NCBI RefSeq assembly: GCF_006345805.1
Contig: NC_043001.1
Location: 94,922,001 to 94,986,000, forward strand
Source of the DNA: Octopus sinensis
Lineage: Eukaryota
Direction of reading: 5' to 3'
Length of the DNA: 64,000 bases
Shown: positions 1 to 13,297 of the stretch, one piece after another
How the letters are laid out: each line of letters begins with the position of its first letter
How positions within the stretch are numbered: position 1 is the first letter of the stretch
Program-made: the position numbers and the translations under genes
Notes under the pieces: generated by a model
Seen by the model: only the letters and a program-made list of their open reading frames with translations
The model's database searches: none
Told to the model about the DNA's origin: nothing

Positions 1-139
1 AAGCTAGATTGTGCCATATGCATACACTACATGGATATTCGGTGGAAAATATACTCATGTAATATTGTCTGAGTGAGCAAGTAAGTTCGTCCTTACAAGT
101 TGCCTCAATTAAAGTACCCAATCGAACTGAAACTAAATT

Positions 140-209
140 ACATATATATATATATGTTTGTGTGTGTGTGTGTGTGTGTGTCTGTCTGTGTGTGTGTGTG
201 TCTGTGTGT

Positions 210-246
<37 letters not shown>

Positions 247-252
247 GTGTGT
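140..252. repeat. (TG)n microsatellite
   Basis: Directly visible TG/TC dinucleotide array. Confidence 0.95.
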
Positions 253-462
253 GATTCAGCTGGAACACGTGTAATTCAAGTAGAGAAGGTTGTAAATAAC
301 TGTTTAGAAAAATTATTGATGTGAAAAATCCCCATTCTCTTTTCCATTATTAATTCTATTACTTATAATTCGGAACTATGCAGTCCTCAATGAGTTTATC
401 CGTCATCTGAAACCGACTTCAGAGAAAAAAGGGATAGCCGCCAGGATTATCTCTTTAAACTC

Positions 463-496
<34 letters not shown>

Positions 497-600
497 AAGG
501 CTACCCCTTTTTCCTCTGAAATCAACCTTCCTTTAGTGATGCCCGAGTTAACGATATGTCGCTAGACTCCCGTAACTATTCTCGTATGGTAAAACTGAGC

Positions 601-727
601 CTCCTATTTTTCTCACGGACAGCTCTATGCCGGATGCTCCAGAGTTGGAAATCCGGAAAATTTATTCACCTATGCATCCTACAGCAAAACGAAATATATT
701 GTCCATCACGAAGCTCTGCAAGATTGA
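601..727 (+). pseudogene. Helitron RepHel PIF1-type helicase C-terminal remnant
   Basis: The frame through codon 611-613 reads FSHGQLYAGCSRVGNPENLFTYASYSKTKYIVHHEALQD* (stop 725-727). This matches the FSHGQLYVACSRV...KTKNIVY end of Helitron helicases. Confidence 0.8.
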
Positions 728-1099
728 AGTGTTGGAACAAATATGCCTCTCCCTTCCATATCCTCTCTCACCAACCCCGTCAACATCTCTCGCTAACCTC
801 TGAAAACCTCTTCGCCAACCTCCGAAAACCTCTCTCAATAACCTCCGACAATTCCTCCTCCCTCCAGCTGACAGTTCTTTGTACTTTTTCGCGATGGAAG
901 ATATACCTTTTGTGGCAGTTATAACGAAATTGTTTTTTTTTATATATCAGAGAAATAACTCGTTTAAATAGAACAATTAAATTTTGGAATAATTAAATGG
1001 AAAGTATTTAAAAATAATATTGGCATGGCTTCAAATACAAGGGACATATCCTTTTTTCTGTCTGTCTCTTTCTGTCTTTTTGTGGGTTCGAGGTCTTTT

Positions 1100-1108
1100 A
1101 ATATATAT

Positions 1109-1154
<46 letters not shown>

Positions 1155-1205
1155 ATATATATATATTATATATATATATCTATATATTATATATATAATA
1201 ATATA

Positions 1206-1240
<35 letters not shown>

Positions 1241-1255
1241 CATACATTTATACAT
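1100..1255. repeat. (TA)n microsatellite
   Basis: Directly visible. Confidence 0.95.
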
Positions 1256-1914
1256 ATAAATATTTGCTTGTGGGTTTTACATTAGCGTGAGAATTATGTT
1301 AAGAATCACCAAGTCTCTCCATTCTAAATAAGAATACCCACGGGTAAACAAGCCTGTACGAGATTTGATATACATAGATATACAATTTAATGGTGGTAGT
1401 TTACACTGAAATAGTAATTGTTGTCTCCTTAGCATTACACCTAGAATATCTCTGAAGAGTCGAGGTGTGGATGAATTGATATACTTGAATTGAATTAGGG
1501 GTTCCATTAAGACTGAGTTGATTAATTCCTTAATCATTTCTTGCGATAACCTTTTGGTACTTTTATAATTATATACACCTGTATCTGCTAAAGCACCTCC
1601 ATACTAAATAAGTGGAAACACACACGCACACATTGGCACATGCAACACGCCCTCGTAAATATATACTAAACAGAATCTTGACATCTTCATAATGGACACA
1701 CAGACACAAATACATAAAATATACACACACAGACACACACATACATACATATATATATATATATCTACATAATCCGTAGATTTATTGCAGGAACTGAAAA
1801 GGGGCGGTTGGGCTAACAGTATTAATAAAATAGGAGATGCAATGTGTAATAGACTTTAGTAGGGACAAATAAAGTCTATAACACATTCCATCTTGTATTT
1901 TATTAATACTGTTA

Positions 1915-1941
1915 CTATATATATATATATATATATATAAG

Positions 1942-2018
<77 letters not shown>

Positions 2019-2025
2019 ACATATA
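1915..2025. repeat. compound (TA)n/(CA)n microsatellite
   Basis: Directly visible. Confidence 0.95.
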
Positions 2026-2660
2026 CATGAGATGACAAAGCCAAGGCAGTTTGAAATTTCTAGGACATTTTATAAAGAGAATGGAGATCATCAGAGACGA
2101 TATGAGAGAGTGAAATAGAAAGAAATTGTAGAGTTCAATAGAAGAAGTTATTTTGGAAATGGTGAGATATAGGATGTATAAATGGAAAAAAAGAAAAATG
2201 AAACGTATAAAAGGAAATATATGAATAACAACTAAACTTATAAGTTACTGTTCCATTATCCAAGGAATGTGTTGTGTAGAACGGGTAAAACGGCTCCTGA
2301 TAGCAGTTCATAATTTTTTTATTAGAAATTCATAGTGTGCAGGTACTAGATCCATGTGGTGTTCATTCAAAGTAAGATGGTATTGTAAATGAAATTTTCA
2401 GAATGGCATAGATAAATATGTTAGGAGGAAGAAAATGGTATGTGTGAAAGGACTGGCGGAGTAAAGACGAAAGAAAGAAAGAAAGAAAGAAGAAAAGATG
2501 ATAAAGGAATAATAGATGGTGGTCCAGATTTTGAGACATGTTTTGAGTGAAGCATAAAAGATTCAAATAGCCTAGAACAGTCCATTTTGGTCAACTTTTT
2601 TTCCGAGTTTTGTATACATATTAACTTGTACTTCTTTGGTGCTTATAAATTGCATTCATC

Positions 2661-3420
2661 ATGAACCGGCAAGAAATGCTGGAGGCTGCTCGCGCGAGGA
2701 GGACGATGTACAAGCAGTGGATAATGGAAGAGCAAGTACAGAAAGACCCAGATAGAGACAAGCAACGCCAGCAGCTGAGACGAGCGTCAATGGAGGGTGA
2801 ATAACGCGAGGAACATCTGCAGCAAAATAGGAGACAAATAAGACGAGGAAATATGACTGAGAAAAAGCCTGCATTGTACCACGAGTAGCAGAGAAACTTA
2901 TCACGGCAAAGTAGGGACAATATGAATGAGGGACAGAGTACACAGTACCACAAGCAGCAGCAGAGAAACATATTTCAGCAAAGAGTAGAAAACCTGAATC
3001 GACATGATAGTGTTTTTTATCCGCAAAACCAAAGGCGGAGGTATCGAGAAAGAGTTTTTAAACAAAATATGGAATGCTGGTGAAATTGACAATTTAAGGC
3101 GGCATCAGATGCAACGACAGCGTGTGAGAAAACATAGGCCAGTGCTGAAAAGCGCTATTGTTAATTAATTTGAACAATTTAACATATGATAAATGAGCAT
3201 TATGTGTGAATACTGTGGTACGCTTAGATTTTAAAATGAAAATAACAGTCGTTGCATCAATGGAAAATAAAATGTGCCTGTATTGCAATCATATGTAGAG
3301 AAACTAAAAGATTTATTTCAAGGAAGCGATCAAGAGTCCGTTTCATCCGTAGTAATATCAGGAATTACAATTGTACCTTCCCCTTTGCGTCGTTTGGAGT
3401 CAAACTGGCAGCACCCCTTC
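2661..3420 (+). mobile_element. degenerate Helitron RepHel N-terminal region
   Basis: An R/Q/E-rich stretch starts at ATG 2661. From 3202, across stops and a frameshift, it reads MCEYCGTLRF*NENNSRCINGK*NVPVLQSYVEKLKDLFQGSDQES / FIRSNIRNYNCTFPFASFGVKL. This matches the Helitron Rep N-terminal pattern CxxC...CC.GK...L..LF.G...F..NIR.YN..FAFASFG. Confidence 0.8.
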
Positions 3421-3466
3421 TCTATTATATATATATATATACTATATATATATATATATATATATC

Positions 3467-3500
<34 letters not shown>

Positions 3501-3507
3501 ATATATA

Positions 3508-5290
3508 TAAACTTAGACTTAGATAAACTAATATGTTTCGACCAAAGATTGGTCCAGACCATTCTAACTTAATAGCACACACCTGATAGGATTATTTGAA
3601 TCCTGTTTAAGTCAAGTTTTGTTTATGGTCCATTCAAGATGTGTTGTCTTGTATGGAGAGACCACAGTGGGCAGCAGTATTCAAGGTGTGGCCGTACAAA
3701 GGAGGAAAAAAGTGGTATGATGACACCTTATTCTCTGGACCGGAAAGTTCTTAAGATCCAGGAACTCATCCTACGAGCTATATCGACCTTCTTGTTGATG
3801 TGTGCGCTCCAACTGAGATCGTCATCAATAATTACACCCAGGTCTCTGACATTGTAAGAGGCTGTGAGCGGTTCCCCTGAAAGAAGAGAGTATGGCTGTT
3901 TTAGTGAGGAATTTCTTCCAAAATGCATCAGCTCAAATTTCCCCTCATTCAGTTGCATTTTGTTTCTGTCTGCCCATTGACTCACAGCATATAGATCAGA
4001 CTGGAGTTGAGTTCGGTCTACTTCTTCATTGACGATTTGCTGGAGCTTAGTGTCATCAGCAAATATTTTCACTTTGCAGTAATGTACGACACTGGAAAAA
4101 TCGTTTATGTAAATTGTAAAGAGTAGCGTACCCAAGACAGTCCCCTGGGGGACACCGCTGGTGACTTTTCCTGGGCTAGAGTGGACTCCATCAACTACAG
4201 CATGTTGTGTTCTATTCGCCAGGAAACACTTAATCCAGTGTAGAACTTTTCCACATATTCCAACAGTTACCAATTTTGAGAGTAGGTCTACCCTGACGAA
4301 CGCTTTACTGAAGTCAAGATATATGACATCAGAGTTCGAACCTGTTCCGAAGGCTTTGAGTATATCTTCAATGTGGTGTAAGAGCTGTGTTAGACAGTCC
4401 CTGCCTCAGCGAAAGCCATGCTGATTTGCAATTAGGAGCTTGTGGGTCTTTAGGAAGTCAGCTATCCTTGATCTTAACACTTTTTCAAACACTTTAATGA
4501 TGTGGGATGTGAGTGAGATTGGGCGATAGTTGACTGCGAGGGATATGTTTCCCTGTTTGAAAACTGGGATGACCGACTGGGATAGAAACTGTTTCGGTAT
4601 ATAACCTGCGTCTAACGAATTTCTCCAGAGGTTCGTCAGAGGGAGTGCAAGTTGGTGTCTACATTCTTTCAGGAGACTAGCGGCGAATCTATCAGGGGCT
4701 ACAGCAGAATAGTATTTGACCTCATTTATTGCTGCTATGATGTTAGTGGCAGTGAAAGTTATGTCTGAGATTTTATGTTGGGAGTCAACTTCGTTCACTT
4801 CTCTTACGTCAATATCAGTGAGAACACTAAAGACAGAGCAGTATTGTTTCTGCAGTATTTCCGCCATTTCTTTAGCATCGTGTTGGGGAAAGCCGTTATC
4901 ATCAGTCAATGGCATAATGGGTGAGACAGTGGTTCTATGCTTATTTGCATAAGAATAGAACGCTTTTAGGTTCTGTTTGATGTTTTTCATTACCCACTGT
5001 TTCTCCACAGCTCTTTGATTTTCAATGGAGATTTTCATGTCGGTCTGCAGATGAAGTTTTTCCAGCTCTAGCCTTTGAATTGTTGTTGAATTTGGATGTT
5101 GTATGTGGGTATATTTTAATAGGTTGATTTTTTTCTTGAGTCTTTTGATGCGCCTGATGAGTGTTTTTTTCGTTTTAGCGAGCCGGTTTTTGTTTGTGTT
5201 AGTAGATTTCGTGGGAGCGTGTTTAGAGTATGTATAGGTGACAATGTTCTCAAAGTGCTGCCATGCGGTCTCAATATGGGTGGAATTATA
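3508..5290 (-). mobile_element. CR1-group LINE fragment (RT domain, 5'-truncated, degenerate)
   Basis: ORFs 4406-5038 and 3728-4273 plus the linker contain NYRPISLTS..K.FEK, YLDFSKAF, SGVPQGTVLG.LLF.IYIND, FADDTK, VRDLGVIID..LSW and RPHLEYC.PLW. The pre-RT helical region continues to about 5290. Confidence 0.9.
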
Positions 5291-5313
5291 TATATCTGTA
5301 TGTGTATATATAC

Positions 5314-5456
5314 TTTATTTAAAGCAGCAGAAAATTCAACAACATCTGTTACTCTGAGTTTCTCGTAGCCGTTCATCAGACAAAAACTGTCTGATGAACG
5401 GCAAGGAGAAACTCAGAGTAACAGATTTTGGTGAATTTTCTGCTGCTTTAAATAAA
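5314..5456. repeat. near-perfect inverted repeat (69-bp arms, 5-nt loop), probably Penelope-like element pLTR ends
   Basis: Arms 5314-5382 and 5388-5456 are reverse complements with 4 mismatches; the loop is AAAAC. Confidence 0.9.
5387..5424 (+). ncRNA. candidate minimal type-I hammerhead ribozyme (mirror copy on minus strand, 5346-5383)
   Basis: CTGT-CTGATGA-acggcaagga-GAAA-CTCAGAG-TA-ACAG has the conserved CUGAUGA and GAAA cores, a GUA cleavage triplet and stem I CTGT/ACAG. Stem III is quasi-palindromic; stem II is weak. Confidence 0.5.
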
Positions 5457-5527
5457 ATATTTTACTCTACCACTGGTATTGAGTACTCTTTTTTTCCACC
5501 TTGTTTCACATTTTTTGTTTACTCCAG

Positions 5528-5529
<2 letters not shown>

Positions 5530-5601
<72 letters not shown>

Positions 5602-5615
5602 ATATATATATATAT
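5530..5615. repeat. (TA)n microsatellite
   Basis: Directly visible. Confidence 0.95.
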
Positions 5616-6149
5616 GCATGTCTGTTTAATTATTTGAAAGAGTAATCTCTCGCCATATGACGGTGAACTGATTGAAGTACACCTATGTCAGTTTATTATT
5701 TAAGCTTTCGTCGATTCCCCCGTGGTATTTTTTACATTTAAAATAAAATAAATATATACAACTCATAAAAAATAATTAAAGAAATAGACAGTACAGTTTC
5801 TACTTCGCTTATTTTCACCTGTCGAGTGGGGTTGTTTGGAATGTATCACCTGCGATAGTCGAGGGAGTGCTGAACAGCATTTGAAGTGTAAACAGGATTT
5901 TTTAAAAGGAACTTATTATTTTAAAAGATTTTACGAAATCTTTTATGGGAATGTTACTAACATTTTTGGGGAAGAAGATTTTTTACTCGTGTGGGAGCTC
6001 TTTTGTTACACTTTTCCAAACACACGTGTTCTTAAAGAGGAAGTTGATATTTTTGTGGTAGTGGTCGTATTACTTCCGGTTTATCTTCCGATTTTGGGTT
6101 TGTGTCATAGTTATTCTTTGACGATTGTTTATTATATGGAGTGTTGGTC

Positions 6150-6255
6150 ATTTTGGTTTTACGTTCGGATTTAGAATTTTTATAAATTCTTCTTCTGCTT
6201 TGCGTAGTTGAACATTTTCATAGTTTATTTTCTAAAATGAGAATATTTTTTTCTG
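6150..6255 (-). pseudogene. possible Penelope-like element ORF C-terminal (GIY-YIG end) remnant
   Basis: Reads KKIFSF*KINYENVQLRKAEEEFIKILNPNV, resembling the F.IFPFYK...E..FI..L.P.LN ending of PLE ORFs as recalled. It lies near the hammerhead-like hairpin. Confidence 0.35.
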
Positions 6256-6455
6256 CCATTGTCAATGCGATGGTCACACGTTACAAAGGTTAGGTCCAAG
6301 CATTGCTGTAAACAGGGAAAACGAGGAAGAAAGTTAAAACTTACTGTGCATGCACAGCAGAGATCGAGACCAATCTATGCTAAGCGACTTTACTCTGCTT
6401 GCTTTAGCTTTCTTGCTATTGCAAATGCCTGAATACTTATTGCTCAGACCTCGTA
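6255..6455 (-). mobile_element. mariner-type 5' terminal fragment
   Basis: The minus strand starts TA|CGAGGTCTGAGCAATAAGTATTC, a mariner-like TIR start with a TA target. The TIR tip is locally duplicated at about 6527-6552. No second TIR or transposase motif was found. Confidence 0.45.
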
Positions 6456-7425
6456 TATTTATATATATATATATATATGTGTGTCTGTGTGTCCCTGTGT
6501 ATTTTTGTGTGTGCATGTGTGGTGTGTGCTCAGACCTCGTATATTTATATATGTGTATGTGGGCGCGCGCGCATGTGTGCGAGTGTGTGTCCGCGCGTGT
6601 GTGTGTGTTTCTGTGTGCGTGTGGTTGTGTGTTTTTCTTTTGTGTGTCCGTCTGTGGTGTGTGTGTGTTTGTGAGTATGTTTGTAGAAGTAGTAGTATAT
6701 TCTAATTTGTGAAAATTGTGTAAATTGAATTAAGGAAGTTGAATGTCCCGTAAAAATGTGCACACTAATTAGAAAAGTAATTCGTTTTCTAAATTCCATG
6801 AGATTCTAAATGTGAAGTGAATAAGTAACACTATCGGCCCGAGTTCAATTAGCACCAACAATAAGTACTAACACGATAAATGTTGAAATTATAATTTTGG
6901 AATCATGTATTGGCGAAGTGATTGTTCATGATTATTCTTCTTTCACTAGGGAACTATTAGTACATTAGGAGTATATAAGCTAGTGTTCTTAACCTTTTTT
7001 GTCGACAATAGTTAATTATGAAATAATGCCTTTATATCTTATAAGTAAGTGTATCACTCTATATCACGAAATTGAGATCATTGACTTCAATGAAAAACGT
7101 TTATCCTCATACGCCACGCGATGTGCATAATGATTACAGAATACTATGACAGTGAAATACATATCATTTTCGCAAAAGGTTTTGTTTGGAAATATATGTG
7201 AAATGCCCGTTGTTGATCAAATTTATTTATTTGTTGATCAAAATGATTTATACGATAAATATACATGGACTCTTCCAGTCTTTCAAAGACCGAAAAATGC
7301 GTTATTCAAATATATACTTTGAATGAGATTCAGTTGAATTCTATAATGCCTGAATTTTAATGTAGAAATTGAAACGTTTACATGAAATAATATGCGTAAA
7401 ATATAATGAAATATTAATATAAACA

Positions 7426-7826
7426 GGAGTGACTGTGTGGTAAGTAGCTTGCGAACCAACCACATGGTTCCGGGTTCAGTCCCACTGCGTGGAACCTTCG
7501 GCAAGTGTCTTCTGCTATAGCCCCGGGCCGACCAATGCCTTGTGAGTGGATTTGGTAGACGGAAACTGAAAGAAGCCTGTCGTATATATGTATATACATA
7601 TATGTGTGTGTGTTTGTGTGTCTGTGTGTTTGTCCCCCTAGCATTGCTTGACAACCGATGCTGGTGTGATTACGTCCCCGTCACTTAGCGGTCCGGCAAA
7701 AGAGACAGATATAATAAGTACTGGGCTTACAAAGAATAAGTCCCGGGGTCGATTTGCTCGACTAATGGTGGTGCTCCAGCATGGCCGCAGTCAAATGACT
7801 GAAACAAGTAAAATAGTAAAAGAGTA
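7426..7826 (+). mobile_element. tRNA-derived SINE, family A (internal microsatellite)
   Basis: A-box-like GTGTGGTAAG and B-box-like GGTTCAGTCCC; homologous copies at 32105 and 51901. Confidence 0.9.
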
Positions 7827-8051
7827 TGTGTAATTAGATAGACGAATATCATAGCTGGACGTTAGTTTTCTCTGGAAAATATATTTCAAAATAATATAAA
7901 TATTGATGTACAACACTATATACATTCCTACTTCTACACATATATATGTGTGTGTGTCTGTGTGTTTGTCGGTATGCGCGTACCTGTATGTGTGTATGCA
8001 TATATATATCAACGTTTATGCATGAATGTATATATATATATATTATATATA

Positions 8052-8084
<33 letters not shown>

Positions 8085-8089
<5 letters not shown>

Positions 8090-8490
8090 TACTATATGGC
8101 TCAGAAACCGGACGTTATCAAAGAAGCTTGAGAGGCGGTGGATGGAACCTACACTCGCCTCCTTATGAGAGCTCAAAATCTCTCGTGGAAGTGCCATCCA
8201 ACCAAAATGCAAATATATGGGAAATTACCACCTGTGTCATCTCTTGTGAAAGGTAGGAGAGTCCAGTTTGCTGGACATTGTTGTAGAGCTGAAAAAGAAG
8301 TAATTTCTACTCTTCTCCTCTGGAAGCCATCTACTCGCAATACCAGAGGGCGCACACTCTCCTACCCTGATGTAATCTCCAGGGATACAGGCATCCAGCA
8401 ACAGGACCTCCGTAATGCTATGATGGACCGTGAAGTCTGGCGTAACATAGTAAATTCCATTGTCTCGACCACGGTCGAACAATGATGATG
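8085..8490 (+). mobile_element. RTE-clade LINE 3' end (5'-truncated)
   Basis: Reads ILLYGSET...KKLERR.DGTYTRLL...FAGHC.R...MMDREVWR.IV* and ends in a (TGA)n tail. Confidence 0.85.
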
Positions 8491-8719
8491 ATATATATAT
8501 ATACATACATACATACATACATACGTAATGATTTATATATTATATATGTATGCAGATATGTACACATATGTGTAGTACATATGACTATGTAACAGTTTCT
8601 GAAGTGCTCGGATTTGTCATCCATGATGTTAGTGTGACGTGGAACAGCCAACACAGGAAGTGTTGTATACATATTTAATCGTCTCTCCCTCCTTTCATCA
8701 CCATGTGTACAATATATAC

Positions 8720-8807
<88 letters not shown>

Positions 8808-9033
8808 TTGTGTGTATGTAACCTTTAAACATTTTATACTAATCTCGTGTTCATTGGAATTTTGCTGTAAAGTAGACTATGCTTTAATTTCACTAACAAT
8901 GAATATTCTTTAGTTATTCTTAACATAATTACAAAATAATAATCTCAAGTTTACCTAAATACATACATACACTATACATACGTACACACACACACACACA
9001 CACATACACACACACACCACACACACACACACC

Positions 9034-9093
<60 letters not shown>

Positions 9094-11019
9094 TAGCCAT
9101 ACTACACTGAGTGTGAAGCTCCCAAATCAACTAATTCATTTTCCTCGGACATAGAGGTAAGCTAATATTTCTGGTCTGGATTTTTCATATAACCACTCAG
9201 TATGTGCTTTCTTTCCTTGAAACATTGATACACATATAACAAATTATTTCCATTACTCTTCTATTTTACATGGTATAAACAGAATTTCATAAAATTCCGA
9301 AACAATTTTCAATTCGATAAAAATACTTTAAAATTTAATCATCACTTCCTTATTGTCAAATTGTAATGCAACCATTCACAATCAACTCTTTAGAACTAAA
9401 ATTAACGCATATTCTTCAAAAGGTTCCTGTTTTGAGAGCGAATGTTTTAAAAAAATTATAATAATAAAATAATATTCAGTGACGCTTCCTTCATAGTTTC
9501 CGTTATTATATTTTGAATTATTTAAACTGAACAAATGATTTAATGCTTTCTGTAAAATGAACGACAACAATACCGGCTGTTAGAATGTAAGAATAACAAC
9601 GGAAATTATGTATGTATGCCACCCACATTGAGGAACTAATTTATCGAATATTATATTTTGTAGGAAATGGGAAGATTATGGACAAATGCAATCGACTTTG
9701 CGTATTGTGTATCAATTTTATATAATTTTCTATTTCGAATGGAATATGCAAAAGAATAGAGTTTATAATGATTGGTCACGTATTTACCACTATATGATTT
9801 TGAATCGTGCCTCCTGGCTTGAATAAGAGATAACGTATAGGCATATCTAAAGAAATAGTATCAAAATATGATTATATGCAGAAAATCGGAAAAGGAGGGG
9901 AGGGTGACAGTGATCACTGAGAAACAGAGACAATGAGAGAGAGAAAGTGAGAGAGGGACAGAGAAACAGAGAGAAAATTTCTAGAAACTGATCAATACAA
10001 ATATCGAGAGAGGTTAACTAAATGAGAGAGGGAAAAGAAAATAATGTGGAGCAAATGTCATAAAAGAAACAAAGATTGTATTCTTTGTAATAACATTCAC
10101 AAATAATGAATATAATTTTGTTGGGAATAATCCTTTCTTCTCAGTCAACAACATTTGAATACCAATATTTTGTAACTCGTAAAGTTGAAGAAATATCTAA
10201 AATATAGTGTATTGAACTAAAAGACTGACTAGCTAAGCTACCTTTTTTAACTTTGCACAGATGCTCTCGAATCCCATATTTGCTGGTGTCCGTTAAAAAC
10301 TGTAAAACAGCAGGAAATACTATTAATAATATAATTTTGATTTGAAAATACTTCTATTTTCACTAGATCTTACTGAATGCACCTTAAATATATTTATTTA
10401 ATAATCTAAACGCACCTCTGAATTTGAATTCACAATGATGTGATGCAATAATGTATCACAGAATTATTAGTTCAAATATACTCCTGCAAAAGACTTGTCT
10501 CTTTACAACAGAAATAAAAAAAAAATTAAAAACTGCTTTTTAAAATCCGGTTAGTCGTATTAGTAAATGCAATATGAATGATTCAATCAGACATGATCTT
10601 TTAAGACATGCTCTATAATTCTGCAAGAAAGACTGGTTGAAAACTTGCCTGCATTAACTATCTTAATTATAAATGCCAAGATCGACAAATTATGCATAGT
10701 TCCTATTTTGATATCAATATAATTGATTATTATAAAGAGGCGACCTTGCAGACTCGTTACCAACATGCTTGTACCTGTAGTAGGAAAGAACGTTAAATGT
10801 CGTAACTGAATGAGGTGTATAAACTGTTCGAGGCTTCAGTTTTGGTCAAATCAACGTTCTAAGTATATCGGAGGAAGACAGCGTAAGTCGATTGCTCCGG
10901 TCTCCACCTCTCTAGTCGTGCTTATTTTATCGACCATGGAATGATGAAACTAAGTATTAATCTTGCTAGCGATATAGTTTCTTTCTTTTAATAATGAATT
11001 TATTTTTGGTACAAGGACA

Positions 11020-11146
11020 ACAATCGAAGGGATTAGTCGATTACATCAACTACAGTTCTCAACTGGTGCTTATTTTATTGACTCCGAAAGACTGAAAAGC
11101 AAAGCATTTTGTCCGGTGCGGTGACGATTCTGTCAGCTCACCTCCT
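11020..11146 (-). mobile_element. decayed SINE family B fragment
   Basis: Diverged similarity to the copy at 27494-27706. Similar remnants lie at about 14570-14760 (+) and 15630-15730 (-). Confidence 0.55.
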
Positions 11147-11864
11147 TCTTTCTTTCTTTTTTTCTTGTAATAACGACATCTATTAAAAAATTTAATTTCG
11201 ATATCAAATCCGTCTGTTCCTAAATAGGTTTTCAATTAGATAGAAGATCTGCATTTATAAATCAATATTGTAGTCGTAAGATATAGACTAGGTTGACAGG
11301 GAAAGACTTCGTCATACTTAGCTTCATAGCATCTTCTTTGTTACAAATATATCGTTCATGAATGATATAGAATCAACGCTTTTGGGGTTGTTAGCGTGAA
11401 CAATTATTTTTACGAATAATTACTACGGTAATTATGTCTTAGAATGTGTTTCCATTGTTCCTGAAATATATACTACCCTACATGACATATTCAGCGGCAG
11501 TAGTGGAAATCTTGGAAAGAATCCTTTTATTGACCTAACATTTTAAAATACAATATATTTCTGCTACATCAAACAAAACTGTCCCAGAAGAGATCATGAG
11601 TGAGAACTGATGAGTATTCTCTGATTTTTCGCCTGTCTATATATATATATATATATGTATGTAATGCACACTGGATATAAAAAGTATAAAAGAATAAAGC
11701 ATTTTATGAAAAGTAACGATAAATATATACCATTAGATGAACTGGGGTAGAATTAAGACAACTAGGGATTCAAAGTCATACCGGTTCTGTCAATTGCTGT
11801 TCATTGGTTTTGAATACACACCTTCTTCCATTTGTAGTTTCTATTTTCTTTTGAAACATATTTC

Positions 11865-11871
11865 TATAATA

Positions 11872-11920
<49 letters not shown>

Positions 11921-12010
11921 ACATATATACATATATATATATACATATATTACATATATATATATACATATATTACATATATATATATATACAATATATA
12001 TATATATATC

Positions 12011-12045
<35 letters not shown>

Positions 12046-12104
12046 CATATATATATATTATACATATATATATATCATATATATACATATATATATATAG
12101 ATAC

Positions 12105-12135
<31 letters not shown>

Positions 12136-12319
12136 ATATACATATATATATATATACATATTATATATATATCATATATACATATATACCATATATATAT
12201 ATATATACATATATATACATTATATACATATATATATATATATATACATATATATTACATATATATACATATATATACATATATACATTATATACATATA
12301 TATATATATATATAATATA

Positions 12320-12352
<33 letters not shown>

Positions 12353-12425
12353 ATATCATATATATATATCTATATATATATATACATATTATATATATAT
12401 ACCTATATATATATATATATATATA

Positions 12426-12460
<35 letters not shown>
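11865..12460. repeat. long interrupted (TA)n/TACA tract (~600 bp)
   Basis: Directly visible; it generates the YIYIYI ORFs. Confidence 0.95.
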
Positions 12461-12461
<1 letters not shown>

Positions 12462-13257
12462 GAAAACCGGAAAAGGAAGGGAGGGGGAAAAGTGAGGCAG
12501 TGAGAAACAGAGATTATGGGAGAGCAAGCTCCACATTATTTCCTTTATCCTATCTCATCGAGTTAACCTTTCCCGATATTTCTTTCTTACGTGTCGTTTG
12601 CAAAGCAAGTGAATTCTTTACTCATCCTTTCTATGTACTTCAAATCGTCCGGTGCTATTTGTGTCTGAATTGACCAGAAAACGTGGAATTGTCATACTGC
12701 AAAAAACATCGTAATGCATGTGTCACATTTGCGCTGCTACCGGGATGATTTCGCTTCGTCTAACTTGGAATTATTTTATATTTTTAATACACTGCATCTC
12801 CAAAGAAACTATCTCGGAGACGGCCGCTTCAGTATCAGACTTTTCATATATATGAATTCCTTAGCTATCTCATATATATATATACATAAAATTGATATTG
12901 AGATTCCTCTGTGGCATAATTTGTATCGTATCAAATTTAAATATAACACTTGACGACATATACGATCTGAGAGATTTATCATGTATATAGCTACTATGAA
13001 ACATATTTAGTATACAGGTTTCACAGTAGCTATAAGAGGATAGCACTGTTGCATGATAACCCTTACCTACCAACTGCACCGATTATTAAAATATAGATGA
13101 CATTTTCGAGTATATGGTATAGTCCTTTAATAATCTATTTCTAATGATTTTCATAGTAAATCTGAAATTATAAAATTTCTATACATGACAGTGGGCCCTA
13201 TGGCATGACAATATAATGAACATATAACTGCATATGTAAATGGAAGTTATTGCTTAC

Positions 13258-13297
13258 CTTGATTTAATTTCCTTTCTTTCTCATGCATTTCAGATAT
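13258..13297 (-). CDS. candidate 40-nt internal exon (ISEMHEKERKLNQ)
   Basis: Acceptor tgttttccaatctcactAG, donor AAG|GTAAGC, open in frame 0. No homology support. Confidence 0.25.

Noticed and set aside
1277-1537. 86-aa minus-strand ORF
   Set aside because: No recognisable motif or splice context.
2621-2971. Cys/Leu-rich minus-strand ORFs suggesting a membrane protein
   Set aside because: Antisense shadow of the purine-rich Helitron N-terminal region.
11737-12536. Long [10 protein letters not shown] ORFs (also at 32.2, 39.3-40.0, 52.0 and 59.4 kb)
   Set aside because: Translations of TA-rich microsatellites that lack stop codons; not proteins.
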